Source of the DNA: Nitrospirota bacterium
Lineage (GTDB): Bacteria > Nitrospirota > Nitrospiria > 2-01-FULL-66-17
DNA length: 64,000 nt
Assembly (NCBI GenBank): GCA_049325335.1
Contig: JBMOMC010000043.1
Coordinates: 402,633-466,632 of the forward strand
Direction: 5' to 3'
Shown: piece by piece, positions 9,545 through 20,100 of the stretch
Position numbering within the stretch: the first letter of the stretch is position 1
Layout of the letters: every line of letters starts with the position of its first letter
Notes under the pieces: generated by a model
What the model was told of the DNA's origin: nothing
Database searches by the model: none
The model's input: the letters and a program-made list of their open reading frames with translations, nothing else
Position numbers and translations under genes: made by a program

Positions 9545-10465
9545 GTGCCGGACGCGTCGCTTCAGCCGCTCGCGCTCAGCGATCGGTCCCGGCTCCAGCC
9601 TCTGTTGGCCGCGACCCCGAGTGACCTCGGGGCCCGGACGTTTCCCGGCGTCTACATCTGGCGGGAGCACTTCGATTACGCGTGGACATGGCTTCACGGG
9701 TACTTCTGCCTGTTCGCCCGGTACGGTCCCCACACCTATATGCCGTGGCCTCCGTTGGCCGGACCGGACGCGGAGCCGCCCCAATTTCCCGCGGCGGTGG
9801 CCGGGGCGTTCACGCTGATGGCCGGGTCCCGCGATCATGGGGCGGCCGCACGGATCGAGGGCGTGGACGAAGGGGAGTGTGACGCGTTCGTGTCTTTGGG
9901 CTACGACATCCTTCCCCACGCGACCGAATACGTGTATCGGCGCGAGGCCCTCGTGAATCTCCGTGGGAATGCTTACAAATCAAAGCGTTGGGCTTGGAAT
10001 GATTTTGTGAAGCAACGGGTCTTTACTCTGGACCCTCTGGATGACCGGCACGTTGCCCAGTGCTTGGCCCTGTACCGCGGGTGGCGGGAGGCCAAATTCG
10101 GTCGGACCACGGACGAGGTGGCCCGCGCCATGGCCGAGGATGCCGAGTCCGCGCACCGCATCGCGCTGACCGAGCGGAGGGCTTTGGGGTTGACCGGCCT
10201 GGTGGTCGTCATCGACGGTCGGGTCGTGGGGTACACGTTGGGCGGGTTGGTGAGGCCCAATCTGTTTGGGATCTGGCTTGAAATCGCCGATCCCGCGACA
10301 CGCGGATTGGCAACGTATCTGTTTCGAGAGTTCTGTCGCGCGCAGACGGGAGTGGAATGGATCACGGCGTTGGACGATTCGGGGCTGACTTCACTGGCGA
10401 AGGTGAAACACTCCTACCGCCCCGCCCGGTTGGTCCGATCGTACATCGTCCGCCGCGCGGGTTGA
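9545..10465 (+). CDS. DUF2156 / MprF-C-like aminoacyl-tRNA-dependent transferase (GNAT fold), soluble
   Basis: EYVYRREALVNLRGNAYKSKR, EIADP..RGLA, DDSGLTSLAKVKHSYRP; no membrane domain. Confidence 0.85.
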   Translation: MPDASLQPLALSDRSRLQPLLAATPSDLGARTFPGVYIWREHFDYAWTWLHGYFCLFARYGPHTYMPWPPLAGPDAEPPQFPAAVAGAFTLMAGSRDHGAAARIEGVDEGECDAFVSLGYDILPHATEYVYRREALVNLRGNAYKSKRWAWNDFVKQRVFTLDPLDDRHVAQCLALYRGWREAKFGRTTDEVARAMAEDAESAHRIALTERRALGLTGLVVVIDGRVVGYTLGGLVRPNLFGIWLEIADPATRGLATYLFREFCRAQTGVEWITALDDSGLTSLAKVKHSYRPARLVRSYIVRRAG

Positions 10466-11358
10466 TCCAAGCGCTGGTGGTCTTCGCCGCGGTATCCGGC
10501 TGCGGGGTGGAGTCGATCGGCCCCGGCGAGCCGCTTCCGGTCGCTCCGCCGCCGATCAGCATTGTGGGAGGCGCGGGGGCGGACCGTGATTTCCCCGACT
10601 TTCCCGGCATCACCAGGACCGCTGATGCGGTCGGCAACGCGCGGTACCTGGGTGAAGTGCAGAACCAGGGCGACCGGATCGCGTGTAATATCCGCGTGTC
10701 GATCAATTCCTATGAGCGGATTGATCCGGCGGTGAATCCCGGCGATCCGAATGCTCCGGAGAACTTCCGTCTGATGACCAATCCGGCCAATCAACGGTTC
10801 GGGTTCGCGGACCTCTTGGGCGAGAGCATGCGGTATTCCTTGTTTGCGCCCGCCACGATTGAAACGTGTCTGAGTCCGGGGAACCGGGCGACGTTTGATG
10901 TTCCCAACGATTTTGCGCTCAGCCGGGTCGACAAAATCGAGGCCAGCACCACCTGCGACGGCACGTTATACGAAGGCTGCCTGCCGCTGCCTGATAGCCC
11001 GGACTTTGTGGCGCCGTCCGCGGCGGTGGTCTTATCCGGGACCATCACGGAAGGGACGACCACCGACGGGCGCGTGCGGTACACCGGCACGCTTCGCAAC
11101 CAGAGTCCGGCCGGCGGTCCGACCGCGTATCACACCAAGATCGTGTTTACCGCGAAAAACGCCGCCTGGCAGGTCGTGGACGCGGCCTGCGCCACGATTG
11201 ACGGCGCCGTGTGTCCGCCCCCGAGCGGGGCCCAGACCGCGCCTCTCGGGATGGCGCCTGGTGACCAGTGGCATTTTACCGTGGACATGTCGGTCCCTCC
11301 GACCACAACCTGCTCCGGCTGCTTCTCGTATCTGATCAATCACAAGCCGGCTCCGTAG
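10462..11358 (+). CDS. Cys-rich lipoprotein with two FxLYD-like Ig-type repeats
   Basis: TTG start overlaps the upstream TGA; lipobox VSGC; repeated G-x-(V/L)-x-N...PG...F pattern. Confidence 0.65.
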   Translation: MIQALVVFAAVSGCGVESIGPGEPLPVAPPPISIVGGAGADRDFPDFPGITRTADAVGNARYLGEVQNQGDRIACNIRVSINSYERIDPAVNPGDPNAPENFRLMTNPANQRFGFADLLGESMRYSLFAPATIETCLSPGNRATFDVPNDFALSRVDKIEASTTCDGTLYEGCLPLPDSPDFVAPSAAVVLSGTITEGTTTDGRVRYTGTLRNQSPAGGPTAYHTKIVFTAKNAAWQVVDAACATIDGAVCPPPSGAQTAPLGMAPGDQWHFTVDMSVPPTTTCSGCFSYLINHKPAP

Positions 11359-11447
11359 CCCGCACCATCTGTTCACTGTCCGCGAATACCTAATCAGGTC
11401 TCACCCGTTTGGTGATCGCCGGCATCCGGTTTTTCCGCACTTCCGGG

Positions 11448-11463
11448 TGGCACGCCCGCTGCA
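11448..11463 (+). promoter_or_regulatory. sigma54 -24/-12 promoter
   Basis: TGGCACG-CCCG-CTGCA with GG/GC at canonical spacing, about 66 nt before the ATG at 11530. Confidence 0.65.
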
Positions 11464-11529
11464 ATGTTACTCTGCAGCGGGCGGGGGCGATGGGCGCCTT
11501 CGTTGTCGGCCGAAACCGGGAGGGGAGCC

Positions 11530-11910
11530 ATGAAACAGTTTGCGTGGATGGTGATGGGGGTGGCAATGTCGTGGATCACGATGGGGCTCGGCGCGGCGAG
11601 CGCGGCGCCGAATACGACCGGGGGAGCGGCCGTGTCCATGTCCGCGGACGCCGAGCCGGCCCAGGAGGCCGAGCAATCGCTCCGGTCGCGGCAAGCCACG
11701 GGCACCATCGTGGCGGTGGACCAAGAGGCGAAGACCGTGACCGTGAAGTCTCGGAGCGGTGAGCGCACGTTCGTATTGTCGCCGCGCGTGCGGGTCAAGC
11801 TGGGCAACCTCAAGGCCACGCTCGCCGAGGTGCAACCCGGAAAGAAGGTGTTCATTCGATACCGGGACGTGGCGGGCGAAGCCACCGCCACCACGATCAA
11901 GGTGCTGTGA
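11530..11910 (+). CDS. small exported OB-fold-like protein
   Basis: GGGGAG RBS, signal peptide, GTIVAVD..KTVTVK...LAEVQPGKKVFIRY pattern. Confidence 0.75.
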   Translation: MKQFAWMVMGVAMSWITMGLGAASAAPNTTGGAAVSMSADAEPAQEAEQSLRSRQATGTIVAVDQEAKTVTVKSRSGERTFVLSPRVRVKLGNLKATLAEVQPGKKVFIRYRDVAGEATATTIKVL

Positions 11911-11980
11911 GGTTGGAGCGGGGGCGGCCGGATGGTCGCCCCCGTCCGTTCTTGAGTCGGCGGCTCACAGGAGAAAAGGT

Positions 11981-12023
11981 CAACTTCTCCCTCCCTCTTT
12001 GTCAAAGAGGGAGGGAGAAGTTG
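11981..12023. terminator. perfect 21-bp inverted repeat between convergent genes (terminator or REP-like)
   Basis: CAACTTCTCCCTCCCTCTTTG-T-CAAAGAGGGAGGGAGAAGTTG. Confidence 0.7.
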
Positions 12024-12036
12024 TTAGTAGGGCCTG

Positions 12037-12999
12037 CTACAGTTTGATGTCGATGTGGGATCGTCCGCGCAGCAAGCGAATCCACCGGCGGTAGTAGTCG
12101 GTCGCCTGTTCCTGGTACACGAGTTCTTCGATCTGCGGTTTGACGTCTTCAAGCGGGCGAGGGGTCGGCGGTTGCGCCTGCACCACATTGATGACGTGAA
12201 ATCCGAGCGCGGTGGCGAGCACGGGGCTGACCTCGCCCACCCCGAGCCGATCCAACACGGCGTCGATTTCCGGGAGCAGGTCCCCCCGTTGCACGTAACC
12301 GAGGTCCCCGCCGTGCGCGGCTTCTGCGCCGTGCGAGGCGCGTCGCGCCAGTTCGCCGAAATCCGCGCCCGCCGCGGCTTCCGCGCGCAAGGCCTCGGCT
12401 TGGGCGTGGGCCGCGGCGCGAGCGGGCGCGTCGTCGGACGACGACTTGATGAAAATTTGTCGAATGCGGTATCGGCCCGGGCGCGTAAAACGATCCGCGT
12501 GCTCGCGGTAGTAGGCGTCCACGTCGGCGGCGTTCAACAAAATTTTGGAACGGACCTCGCGGTTGACCAATTTGACGATCGTGAGTTGTTCCTGCACGCG
12601 GTGTTCGATGTCCTCGTCCGCCGCGCCGGCCAGCTCGTCGAGCCGGTGTTGTTCGCGCAATGACTGCACGGCGCCGCGCGCTTCGTCCTTCGTGGCGGAG
12701 ACCCCAAGCGCCTCGGCCTCGCGCAACAGCAGCCGTTGGTCGATCAAGGCCTCGAGCGCGGTCCGTGCCGTGGGGCGAGAGACCGTGTGTTGGAGCCCCG
12801 GCAGGATGTCGGACAACAGGTCCAAGGACGCCAACGCACGGGAGCCTTCCAACTCGCTCTCGGTGATGATCTCGTCGTTGACCACGGCCACCAGGCGATC
12901 CGTGGCCGCATGCGCCGCCGCGCTCGCCAGGAGGAGCAGGAGCCATCCCGACGCGCCGAGCAGTCGGGGCCTCCGGCGTCGGCGATGTCCGGGGATCAT
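12037..12999 (-). CDS. surA: SurA-like periplasmic peptidyl-prolyl isomerase
   Basis: DRLVAVVNDEIITESEL and parvulin domain (FGELARRAS, GGDLG, GFHVI); coupled to mfd. Confidence 0.85.
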   Translation of the reverse strand: MIPGHRRRRRPRLLGASGWLLLLLASAAAHAATDRLVAVVNDEIITESELEGSRALASLDLLSDILPGLQHTVSRPTARTALEALIDQRLLLREAEALGVSATKDEARGAVQSLREQHRLDELAGAADEDIEHRVQEQLTIVKLVNREVRSKILLNAADVDAYYREHADRFTRPGRYRIRQIFIKSSSDDAPARAAAHAQAEALRAEAAAGADFGELARRASHGAEAAHGGDLGYVQRGDLLPEIDAVLDRLGVGEVSPVLATALGFHVINVVQAQPPTPRPLEDVKPQIEELVYQEQATDYYRRWIRLLRGRSHIDIKL

Positions 13000-15900
13000 C
13001 CGCGCACGGGCTCCGCGGGCGCGGCGGACGGCCCCAACCGGTTCAACAATTCAAGGACGCGCGCGCACAACGGCGGCCATCCCCCTCCGGGGTGCGTGAC
13101 CATAAACGCGTAGTCGGACAAGAACCGCACGGCGCGCGGATAGGCGCGTAGCAGCGTGTCCACGGCTTCCTTGGGGATCGGGGCGCGCGGCGTGGCCGCC
13201 ACCACGATGCGGTGATCGTCGGCCTCGACCTTGGCCAACCGCAGCCCGCGGGCCAGCCGTTTGATGTTCATGACCTCGAACAGGCGCTCCACCGGTTCCG
13301 GGAGCGGGCCGAAGCGATCCTGCATGTCCTCGCGCAACGCGGCCAATGCCTCGGCGGTCTCCACCGACGCCACGCGTTTGTAGTAGGCCAAACGGTGATA
13401 CGCGTCCGCGATGTATTCGTCCGGGATGAACGCGGAGACCGGGAGCGTCAACGCGGGGTCCACCTCGGGTTCTTGGTCGCCGCCCCGCAGCGCGGCTACC
13501 GCCTCTTGGATCATTTTCAAATACAGTTCAAGCCCCACGTCGGCGATGTATCCCGATTGTTCGGCGCCCAACAAGTTGCCCGCGCCGCGGATTTCCAGGT
13601 CCCGCGCCGCGATCTTAAACCCGGACCCCAGTTCGGTGAATTCTTGAAGCGCTTCGAGACGGCGGTGCGCTTCCTCGGTCAGCGAGCCCTCGGGCGGCGC
13701 CAGCAGAATCGCATACGCCTGGCGCCCCGCTCGGCCCACGCGACCGCGGAGTTGGTAGAGCTCGGCCATGCCGAACCGGTCGGCGCGGTTGATCAGGATC
13801 GTGTTGGCCGACGGGATGTCCAATCCGGACTCGATGATGGTGGTGGACAACAAGATGTCGGCCTCCTTGGCGAGGAACGTCGCCATGACGCGTTCGAGTT
13901 GGCGCTCGCTGAGTTGGCCGTGACCCACCACGATGCGGGCCTCGGGTACGAGGTGCCGAATCTCCTCCGCCACGCGTTCGATGTCGTTGACCCGGTTGTG
14001 GACGATGAAGACTTGGCCGCCTCGGGCCAGCTCTTGCCGAATCGCGTTGCGCACGATGTCGGGATTCCACGGCGCCAGGGTAGTGCGGATCGCGAGCCGG
14101 TCCGCGGGCGCGGTCTCGATCAACGACAGGTCTCGAATCGAGCCGAACGCCATCTGTAGCGTCCGAGGGATCGGCGTGGCGGTCAGCGTGAGCACGTGGA
14201 CGTCCTTGCGGAGTTCCTTGAAACGTTCTTTGTGGCGCACGCCGAACCGCTGCTCTTCATCCACGATGACCAAGCCGAGGTCGTGGAACACCGCGTCCTT
14301 CTGGAGCAGGCGGTGCGTGCCGATGACGATGTCCACGCGGCCGTCCGCGAGCCCGGCTAGTACCTCGCGCTGCTCGGTTTGCGGGCGAAAGCGACTGAGC
14401 GCTTCGACCCGTACCGGGAACGGCGCGAAACGCGCGGCAAAGGTTCGCGCGTGTTGCTGGGCGAGCAGCGTGGTCGGCACCAGCACCGCGACCTGTTTAT
14501 GGTCCATCACGGCCTTGAACGCGGCGCGTAGCGCGACCTCGGTCTTGCCGTACCCCACGTCGCCGCACACGAGGCGGTCCATGGGACGCGGTTTCTCCAT
14601 GTCCAGCGCCACCTCCGCGATCGCGCGCGCCTGGTCCGGCGTCTCTTCGTACTCGAAGCCCGCGGCAAAGTCCCTGGCCTCGATGCCTTCGGGCGGGAAC
14701 GCGTGGCCTTTGGCCACCTCGCGTTCCGCGTAGAGCGTGAGCAGATCCGCGGCCATGCGCTGGATCGCGCGCTGCACGCGCTGTTTGGTCTTGACCCAGC
14801 CCGTGCCGCCCAGGGCCTCCATACGCGGGGTCTTGCCTTCCATGCCGCCGTACGGCTGCACCAGATCCAGCCGGTCGATCGGGACGTATACCTTGTCGCC
14901 GCCCAGATAACGCAGTACCAAAAACTCGCTCTCGGTCCCGCCCATGGCCATGCGTGAGAGGCCTTCGTAGCGGCCGATGCCGTATTCGCTGTGCACCGCC
15001 AGGTCGCCGGGCCGCAGGTCGTCGATCGACGACAGGAACGGCGTGAGGCGCGCGCGCCGGGTGGGGCGGGCGATCCGTTCGTGTCCGAGCAACTCCTCTT
15101 CGGTGACGATGAGCAGCCGCGATGCGGGGTCGGCGAGGCCCCCCGAGAGGTCACCCGTCGTGACGAATACGGGCGCCGGGATGGCGCTGAGGAGATCGGC
15201 AACGCCGCCGGACGGGAGATCCGCGGCTGGCACGTTGTGGTCCGCGGCCAGGGTTTTGAATCGGGCGGCCTGCTCCGCGCTTCGACAGACGACTACGCTC
15301 AGAAAGTCCTGGCGCACGTCGTCCACCCGCTGGAGCGCGGTGGCGACTGATTGGCGCGCCGTGCCGATGCCGAACCGTTCCGGCGACGCGTGATCGGCCG
15401 CGAGCGAGATCCAGCCGTCCGGCGCCGCGATGGCCAACGAATGCAGTGTGATGATCCGTCTCAGGCGCGCTTCGCCATCGGTTGCCGGGAGGCGGCCGTC
15501 GAGCGGCGCGTCGGGCAGCAGTTCGGGTTCGTCGAGGGCCAGGACGGTGTCGAGCGAGAGGTACGCGGCGAGGGTGGAGTCGGCGTCCGCGTGCACGAAC
15601 CCCGGCGCCGGACCGATGACGACGCGCTCCACGTAGCGTTGCGAACGTTGAGTGAGCGGATCGACCAACCGCAGCGAGGCCACCTCGTCGCCGTCCAGTT
15701 CGATCCGCACCGGCGCGTCGTCGAGCGGCGAGAAGCAGTCGATGATGCCCCCGCGGAGCGCGGCCTCGCCGGGCAAGGTGACCGTGGAAACCATCTCGTA
15801 CCCGGCCGCCATGAGAACTCGCGAGAGGTCCTCGCGCGCGATCGGCTGGCCTCGTTCAATCGTGCGCGTGTGCGCGCGAAACGTCACGGGCGAAATGAGC

Positions 15901-16286
15901 GGGGCTCTGAGCGCGTCGATCGGCGCGATGGTGAGCGCGGCGGACCCGTCGAGCAGCGCAGCCAGGGCCGCCACCCGCCGCGCCTCCAGGTCGATGGGCG
16001 GGGGCAGCGCGGAGTTCCAATCCGGGATCACCAGGACCGACGCGCGTTCGCCGTGCAGCGCGGCCAGACACCGCACGTTGCCGGCCAACGCGTCCGCCGT
16101 GTCCATCGACGCGGTGACAACCAACACGGGACGAGCAGACGCGGCGTCTCGTAACAACGCGCCTTTGGCCGGCGGGCGAAGCCCGGCGACATGCACGCGC
16201 GCCTCGTTGGCTCGCAACGCGTCGTCCAGTTCGGCCGACGGCACGGTGATGAGAGGCGAAGTCACGGATTCGTGCGCGGGGGGCAC
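12996..16286 (-). CDS. mfd: transcription-repair coupling factor
   Basis: CGDVGYGKTEVA, DEEQRFGV, TATPIPRTL, QLRGRVGR, DLEIRGAGNLLG. Confidence 0.97.
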   Translation of the reverse strand: MPPAHESVTSPLITVPSAELDDALRANEARVHVAGLRPPAKGALLRDAASARPVLVVTASMDTADALAGNVRCLAALHGERASVLVIPDWNSALPPPIDLEARRVAALAALLDGSAALTIAPIDALRAPLISPVTFRAHTRTIERGQPIAREDLSRVLMAAGYEMVSTVTLPGEAALRGGIIDCFSPLDDAPVRIELDGDEVASLRLVDPLTQRSQRYVERVVIGPAPGFVHADADSTLAAYLSLDTVLALDEPELLPDAPLDGRLPATDGEARLRRIITLHSLAIAAPDGWISLAADHASPERFGIGTARQSVATALQRVDDVRQDFLSVVVCRSAEQAARFKTLAADHNVPAADLPSGGVADLLSAIPAPVFVTTGDLSGGLADPASRLLIVTEEELLGHERIARPTRRARLTPFLSSIDDLRPGDLAVHSEYGIGRYEGLSRMAMGGTESEFLVLRYLGGDKVYVPIDRLDLVQPYGGMEGKTPRMEALGGTGWVKTKQRVQRAIQRMAADLLTLYAEREVAKGHAFPPEGIEARDFAAGFEYEETPDQARAIAEVALDMEKPRPMDRLVCGDVGYGKTEVALRAAFKAVMDHKQVAVLVPTTLLAQQHARTFAARFAPFPVRVEALSRFRPQTEQREVLAGLADGRVDIVIGTHRLLQKDAVFHDLGLVIVDEEQRFGVRHKERFKELRKDVHVLTLTATPIPRTLQMAFGSIRDLSLIETAPADRLAIRTTLAPWNPDIVRNAIRQELARGGQVFIVHNRVNDIERVAEEIRHLVPEARIVVGHGQLSERQLERVMATFLAKEADILLSTTIIESGLDIPSANTILINRADRFGMAELYQLRGRVGRAGRQAYAILLAPPEGSLTEEAHRRLEALQEFTELGSGFKIAARDLEIRGAGNLLGAEQSGYIADVGLELYLKMIQEAVAALRGGDQEPEVDPALTLPVSAFIPDEYIADAYHRLAYYKRVASVETAEALAALREDMQDRFGPLPEPVERLFEVMNIKRLARGLRLAKVEADDHRIVVAATPRAPIPKEAVDTLLRAYPRAVRFLSDYAFMVTHPGGGWPPLCARVLELLNRLGPSAAPAEPVRG

Positions 16287-16293
16287 GGAGCGA

Positions 16294-16791
16294 TCAGGTC
16301 CCGGCGGACCGAGCGGTCGCGCGCTCGACGATACGGCGGACCAGCGCGGTGGTGGACGAACCCGGCACGAGCGGCAACGAGACCACGCGCCCGCCGCGCG
16401 TTTGCACCACCTCGCGGCCGACGATCTTGTCCACGGGCCAATCGCCGCCCTTGACCAGCACGTCGGGCTGAACCGCCGCGATGACCTCGCCGGGGTCGGG
16501 CGCGTCGAAGATCGTTACGTAATCCACGCACCCGAGCGCGGCCAACACTTCGGCCCGCTCCTGCTCGGGCACCAGCGGCCGAGACGGCCCCTTGAGCGCG
16601 GACACCGACGCGTCGCTGTTGATCGCGACGATCAACAGATCTCCCAGGGCGCGCGCGTTTTGCAGGTACCGCGTGTGACCGATGTGGAGCAGGTCAAAAC
16701 AGCCGTTGGTGAAGACCACGCGGCGGCCATCGCGCCGGGCGGCGGCAGCGAGTCGGGCGATCTCGTCGATGGGTGTGAATTTGGCAGGCAT
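16294..16791 (-). CDS. rfaE2: D-glycero-beta-D-manno-heptose 1-phosphate adenylyltransferase
   Basis: [32 protein letters not shown]. Confidence 0.93.
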   Translation of the reverse strand: MPAKFTPIDEIARLAAAARRDGRRVVFTNGCFDLLHIGHTRYLQNARALGDLLIVAINSDASVSALKGPSRPLVPEQERAEVLAALGCVDYVTIFDAPDPGEVIAAVQPDVLVKGGDWPVDKIVGREVVQTRGGRVVSLPLVPGSSTTALVRRIVERATARSAGT

Positions 16792-17104
16792 GGCATCCGC
16801 GTGCTAACCGAAAACTATACTGATTTGCCGGTCACGGTTTCAACCGTCGCCCACGAGCCGGGGGCGTTCGGCTTGCGTCGATCGACGGGCCCGGAGTACA
16901 GTGTGGCTTCCTCACTGCCCGTTCCACCCGAGGAGCCGCCATACGGGTCAGCGATGCCTCCGTTACGAAGCGGTGTTTCCTGCTCCCCGTGAGCGATCCG
17001 ACGACCGTGGCGCCCCTACCAGCCATCGCGATCCTTGCATCCGTTCGAGCGATGGTGCCCCCGGTACGCCTCCGCGTGATTCATGAGAAAGGAGCGTGGC
17101 TTCC

Positions 17105-20100
17105 ATGACCGACATCATTCGGGTACTCCAATTGGAGGATGACGCGACCGACGCGGAGTTGATTCACCGCCGGTTGACCCACGAGGGGCTCTACTGCGAG
17201 TTTGTCAGCGTCCATAACAAGGACGACTTTGAGCTGGCCCTGGTCTCGGAATCCTTCGACGTCATCCTTTGCGATTTCTCGATTCCGGGGTACGACGGGA
17301 TGGAGGCGTTGCGCACCGCGAGTCGGGCGGCGCCGGACGTGCCGGTGGTGATGGTGTCGGGCGTGTTAGACGAAGGCGCGGCCGTGGCGTGCGTGAAAGC
17401 GGGGGCGACCGACTACGTGTTCAAGGAGCGGTTGCAGCGCCTAGGGCCCGCAGTGTCCCGGGTCCTGCGCGAGGCCGAGGAGCACCGCAAACGCCGCGCG
17501 GCCGAGCAGGCGGTTCGCGAGAGCGAACGGTTTTTGCGCGCGTGCCTGAACGCGTTGGCCGCCCACGTGGCCGTGCTGGACGAGGATGGCGCGATCCTCA
17601 CCGTGAACGCCGCGTGGCGACAATGTGCCGACGCGCACGGTGCCGCGTGGTTTCGACCGGGGGAAGGCGCCAACTACCTCGATGTCTGTGAGCAGGTCGA
17701 GGGCGACTATGCGGAGCCGGCGCGCGCGCTCGCCCGCGGGATCCGAGACGTGGCCGCGGGCCGGCGGGATGAAGTCGTCGCCGAGCTTCGGTACCCCGGG
17801 TCCGCGGACGTCCGGTGGTTCCTGTGCCGCGTTGGGCGAATCCCCGGGGTCGCGCCCATGCGCGTAGTGCTGACCCAGGAAGACATCACATTGGTCAAGG
17901 AAGGGCAAGCCGAGGTGGAGCGGGCCAAAGAGCGCTTCGAGACGTTGGCGGAAGCGTCGCCCGCCGGGATTTTTCAAGCCGACCCCGAGGGCCGGTGTGT
18001 GTACGTGAACACCCGATGGCTGACGTTCACGGGGATGACGCTGGAGGCGGCGCTGGGAGACGGATGGGTCGGGGCGGTGCACGGCGACGACCGGGAGCGG
18101 ATCCAGGCCGCGTGGGCGCGCTCGGTCTCGGCGCAACAGGCCTCGCAGGAAGAATTTCGCTTTCGGTCGCCGGACGGGCGGGTGACGTGGGTGGACAGCC
18201 GGGCGTTGCCGCTGCGCGACCACACGGGTCGGTTCGTCGGGTACGTGGGCAGCATGAGCGATGTGACGAAACGTCGACAAACCGAGGAGGCGCTCCGGAC
18301 CATTCAGGTCGCGAGCGCGCGCGGCAGCGATGTGGAATTTCACGTCTACCTGGTGCAACGACTGGTGGAGATTTTGGGGGTGGAGTTCGGGTTCGTGGGG
18401 GTGTTGGCCGACGACAAGGGCGAACGCCTGCGGACGTTGGCGTGGTGGCGAGACGGGCGCTTGGCCGCCAATGTGGAGTTCGCGGTGGCGGGCACCCCGT
18501 GCGAAGGGGGGGTGGACCGCCGCGCCGCCATCGTGCCCGCGGACCTCCCACAGCGGTTTCCCGACGCGTCCATGTTGATCGACCTGGGGGCGGTCTCGTA
18601 TGCCGGGGTCCCGTTGTTCGGTCAACGCGGCCAATCCCTGGGGCTGATCGCGGTGATGAGCCGCGGCCCGTTGGCGTCCCCGGACCTGGTGGAGGGGATT
18701 CTCAATCTGCTGGCGGTGCCGGCCGCGCGCGAGATCGAACGACGCCGAAGCGAACAGCAGTTTCGGGATCTGTTCGAATTCTCGCCCGAGGCCGCGATCA
18801 TGGCCGATCGCGACGGCGTAATTCGGTTGATGAACCGCCAGGCCGAGCAACTGTTCGGCTACGACCAGACGGACCTTCGCGGCCGTCCGATCGAGTGGTT
18901 GGTCGCCGAGTCCGCGCGCCCGGCGCTCGCGGACCTGCGGCGGCGGTGCCTCCCGGCTGGCGGGTCGCGCGCGCTGGCGGCTGATCGTCCCACGCTGGCG
19001 GCCGCGCGCAAGGACGGGGAGGTGTTCCCGGCGGAGTTCGCCTTGGGGCCGCTGGAAACCGTGGAGGGCCCGGCGGTGCTCGCGGTGGTTCGGGACATGA
19101 CCGCGAGCCGACGGCACGAGGAACGGATGGCGACGTTGTCCCGCATCCACACCGTGCTCAGCAGCATGAATTCCGCGATGTTGCGCATCCGGGACCGCCG
19201 CGAATTGTTCGATGAGACGTGTCGAATCGCGGTCGAGCAAGGCGGATTCCCGCTCGCCGTGGTCGCGGTCCCGGTTCCCGGAACCGCGCAGTTGACCGCG
19301 GCCGCCTGTCGACGCGCGGACACCGGGGCCTCGCGATCGGACGTGGCCGCGTTCCCGATCGAAGAAGGCGTGTCGGGCGTTGCGGGCGCCGCCTGGCAGG
19401 ACACGCGGGTCGTGTTGTGGCACGACCAGGGCGCGGACGCGGCGCCCGATCTGCGGTCGCAGGCCGCATTTCCGTTGACGGTGGGCGACACGGTGCAGGG
19501 CGTGTTGGTCCTGTACGCGACCGCGCCCGGGTTTTTCGACGGGGAAGCGGTCAAATTGCTCCGCACGTTGGCCGGTGATATTTCGTTTGCGTTGGATCGC
19601 ATCCGGAACGAGGAACGGCTGGACCGCCTCGCGTCGTACGACGTCCTGACCAACCTGCCCAATCGCACCCTGTTTTTGGAGCGGAGCAACCAGATCCTGA
19701 GCCTGGCGTATGGGGAGGGCAAGGCGTCGGTGTTGATCGTCATGGATATCGAGCGGTTTCGACAAGTCAACGACTCGCTCGGTCGGCACGCCGGCGATAT
19801 GTTGCTGCAGTCCCTCGGATTGCGGCTGAAAGCGGATGTGTCGGAGTCCGCCGTGGTGTCGCGCCTGAGCGCCGACTGTTTCGCGCTGTTGGTGCCCGGG
19901 GTGTCGGGGGAAGCCGACGCCGCGAAACTCTGCGAGGACCTCATTGCCCGCACCGTCCGGCAGCCGTTCGAATTGGAGGGGAACGAATATCACCTGGCGG
20001 CGCGCGCGGGACTGGCGATGGCGCCGACCAACGGCACGGACGCCGAAACGTTGCTCAAGAACGCGGAGGCCGCGCTCAGCCGCGCCAAACACAGCGGAGA

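Noticed and set aside
9536..9600. Selenocysteine at the YkgJ UGA
   Set aside because: The position is a linker, not a redox or Cys motif, and no obvious bacterial SECIS follows; kept only as a generic read-through or split-gene hypothesis.
16800..17090. c-di-GMP riboswitch upstream of the EAL hybrid
   Set aside because: No GGCAAAC...GAAA...GACGCAAAG-type consensus is visible.
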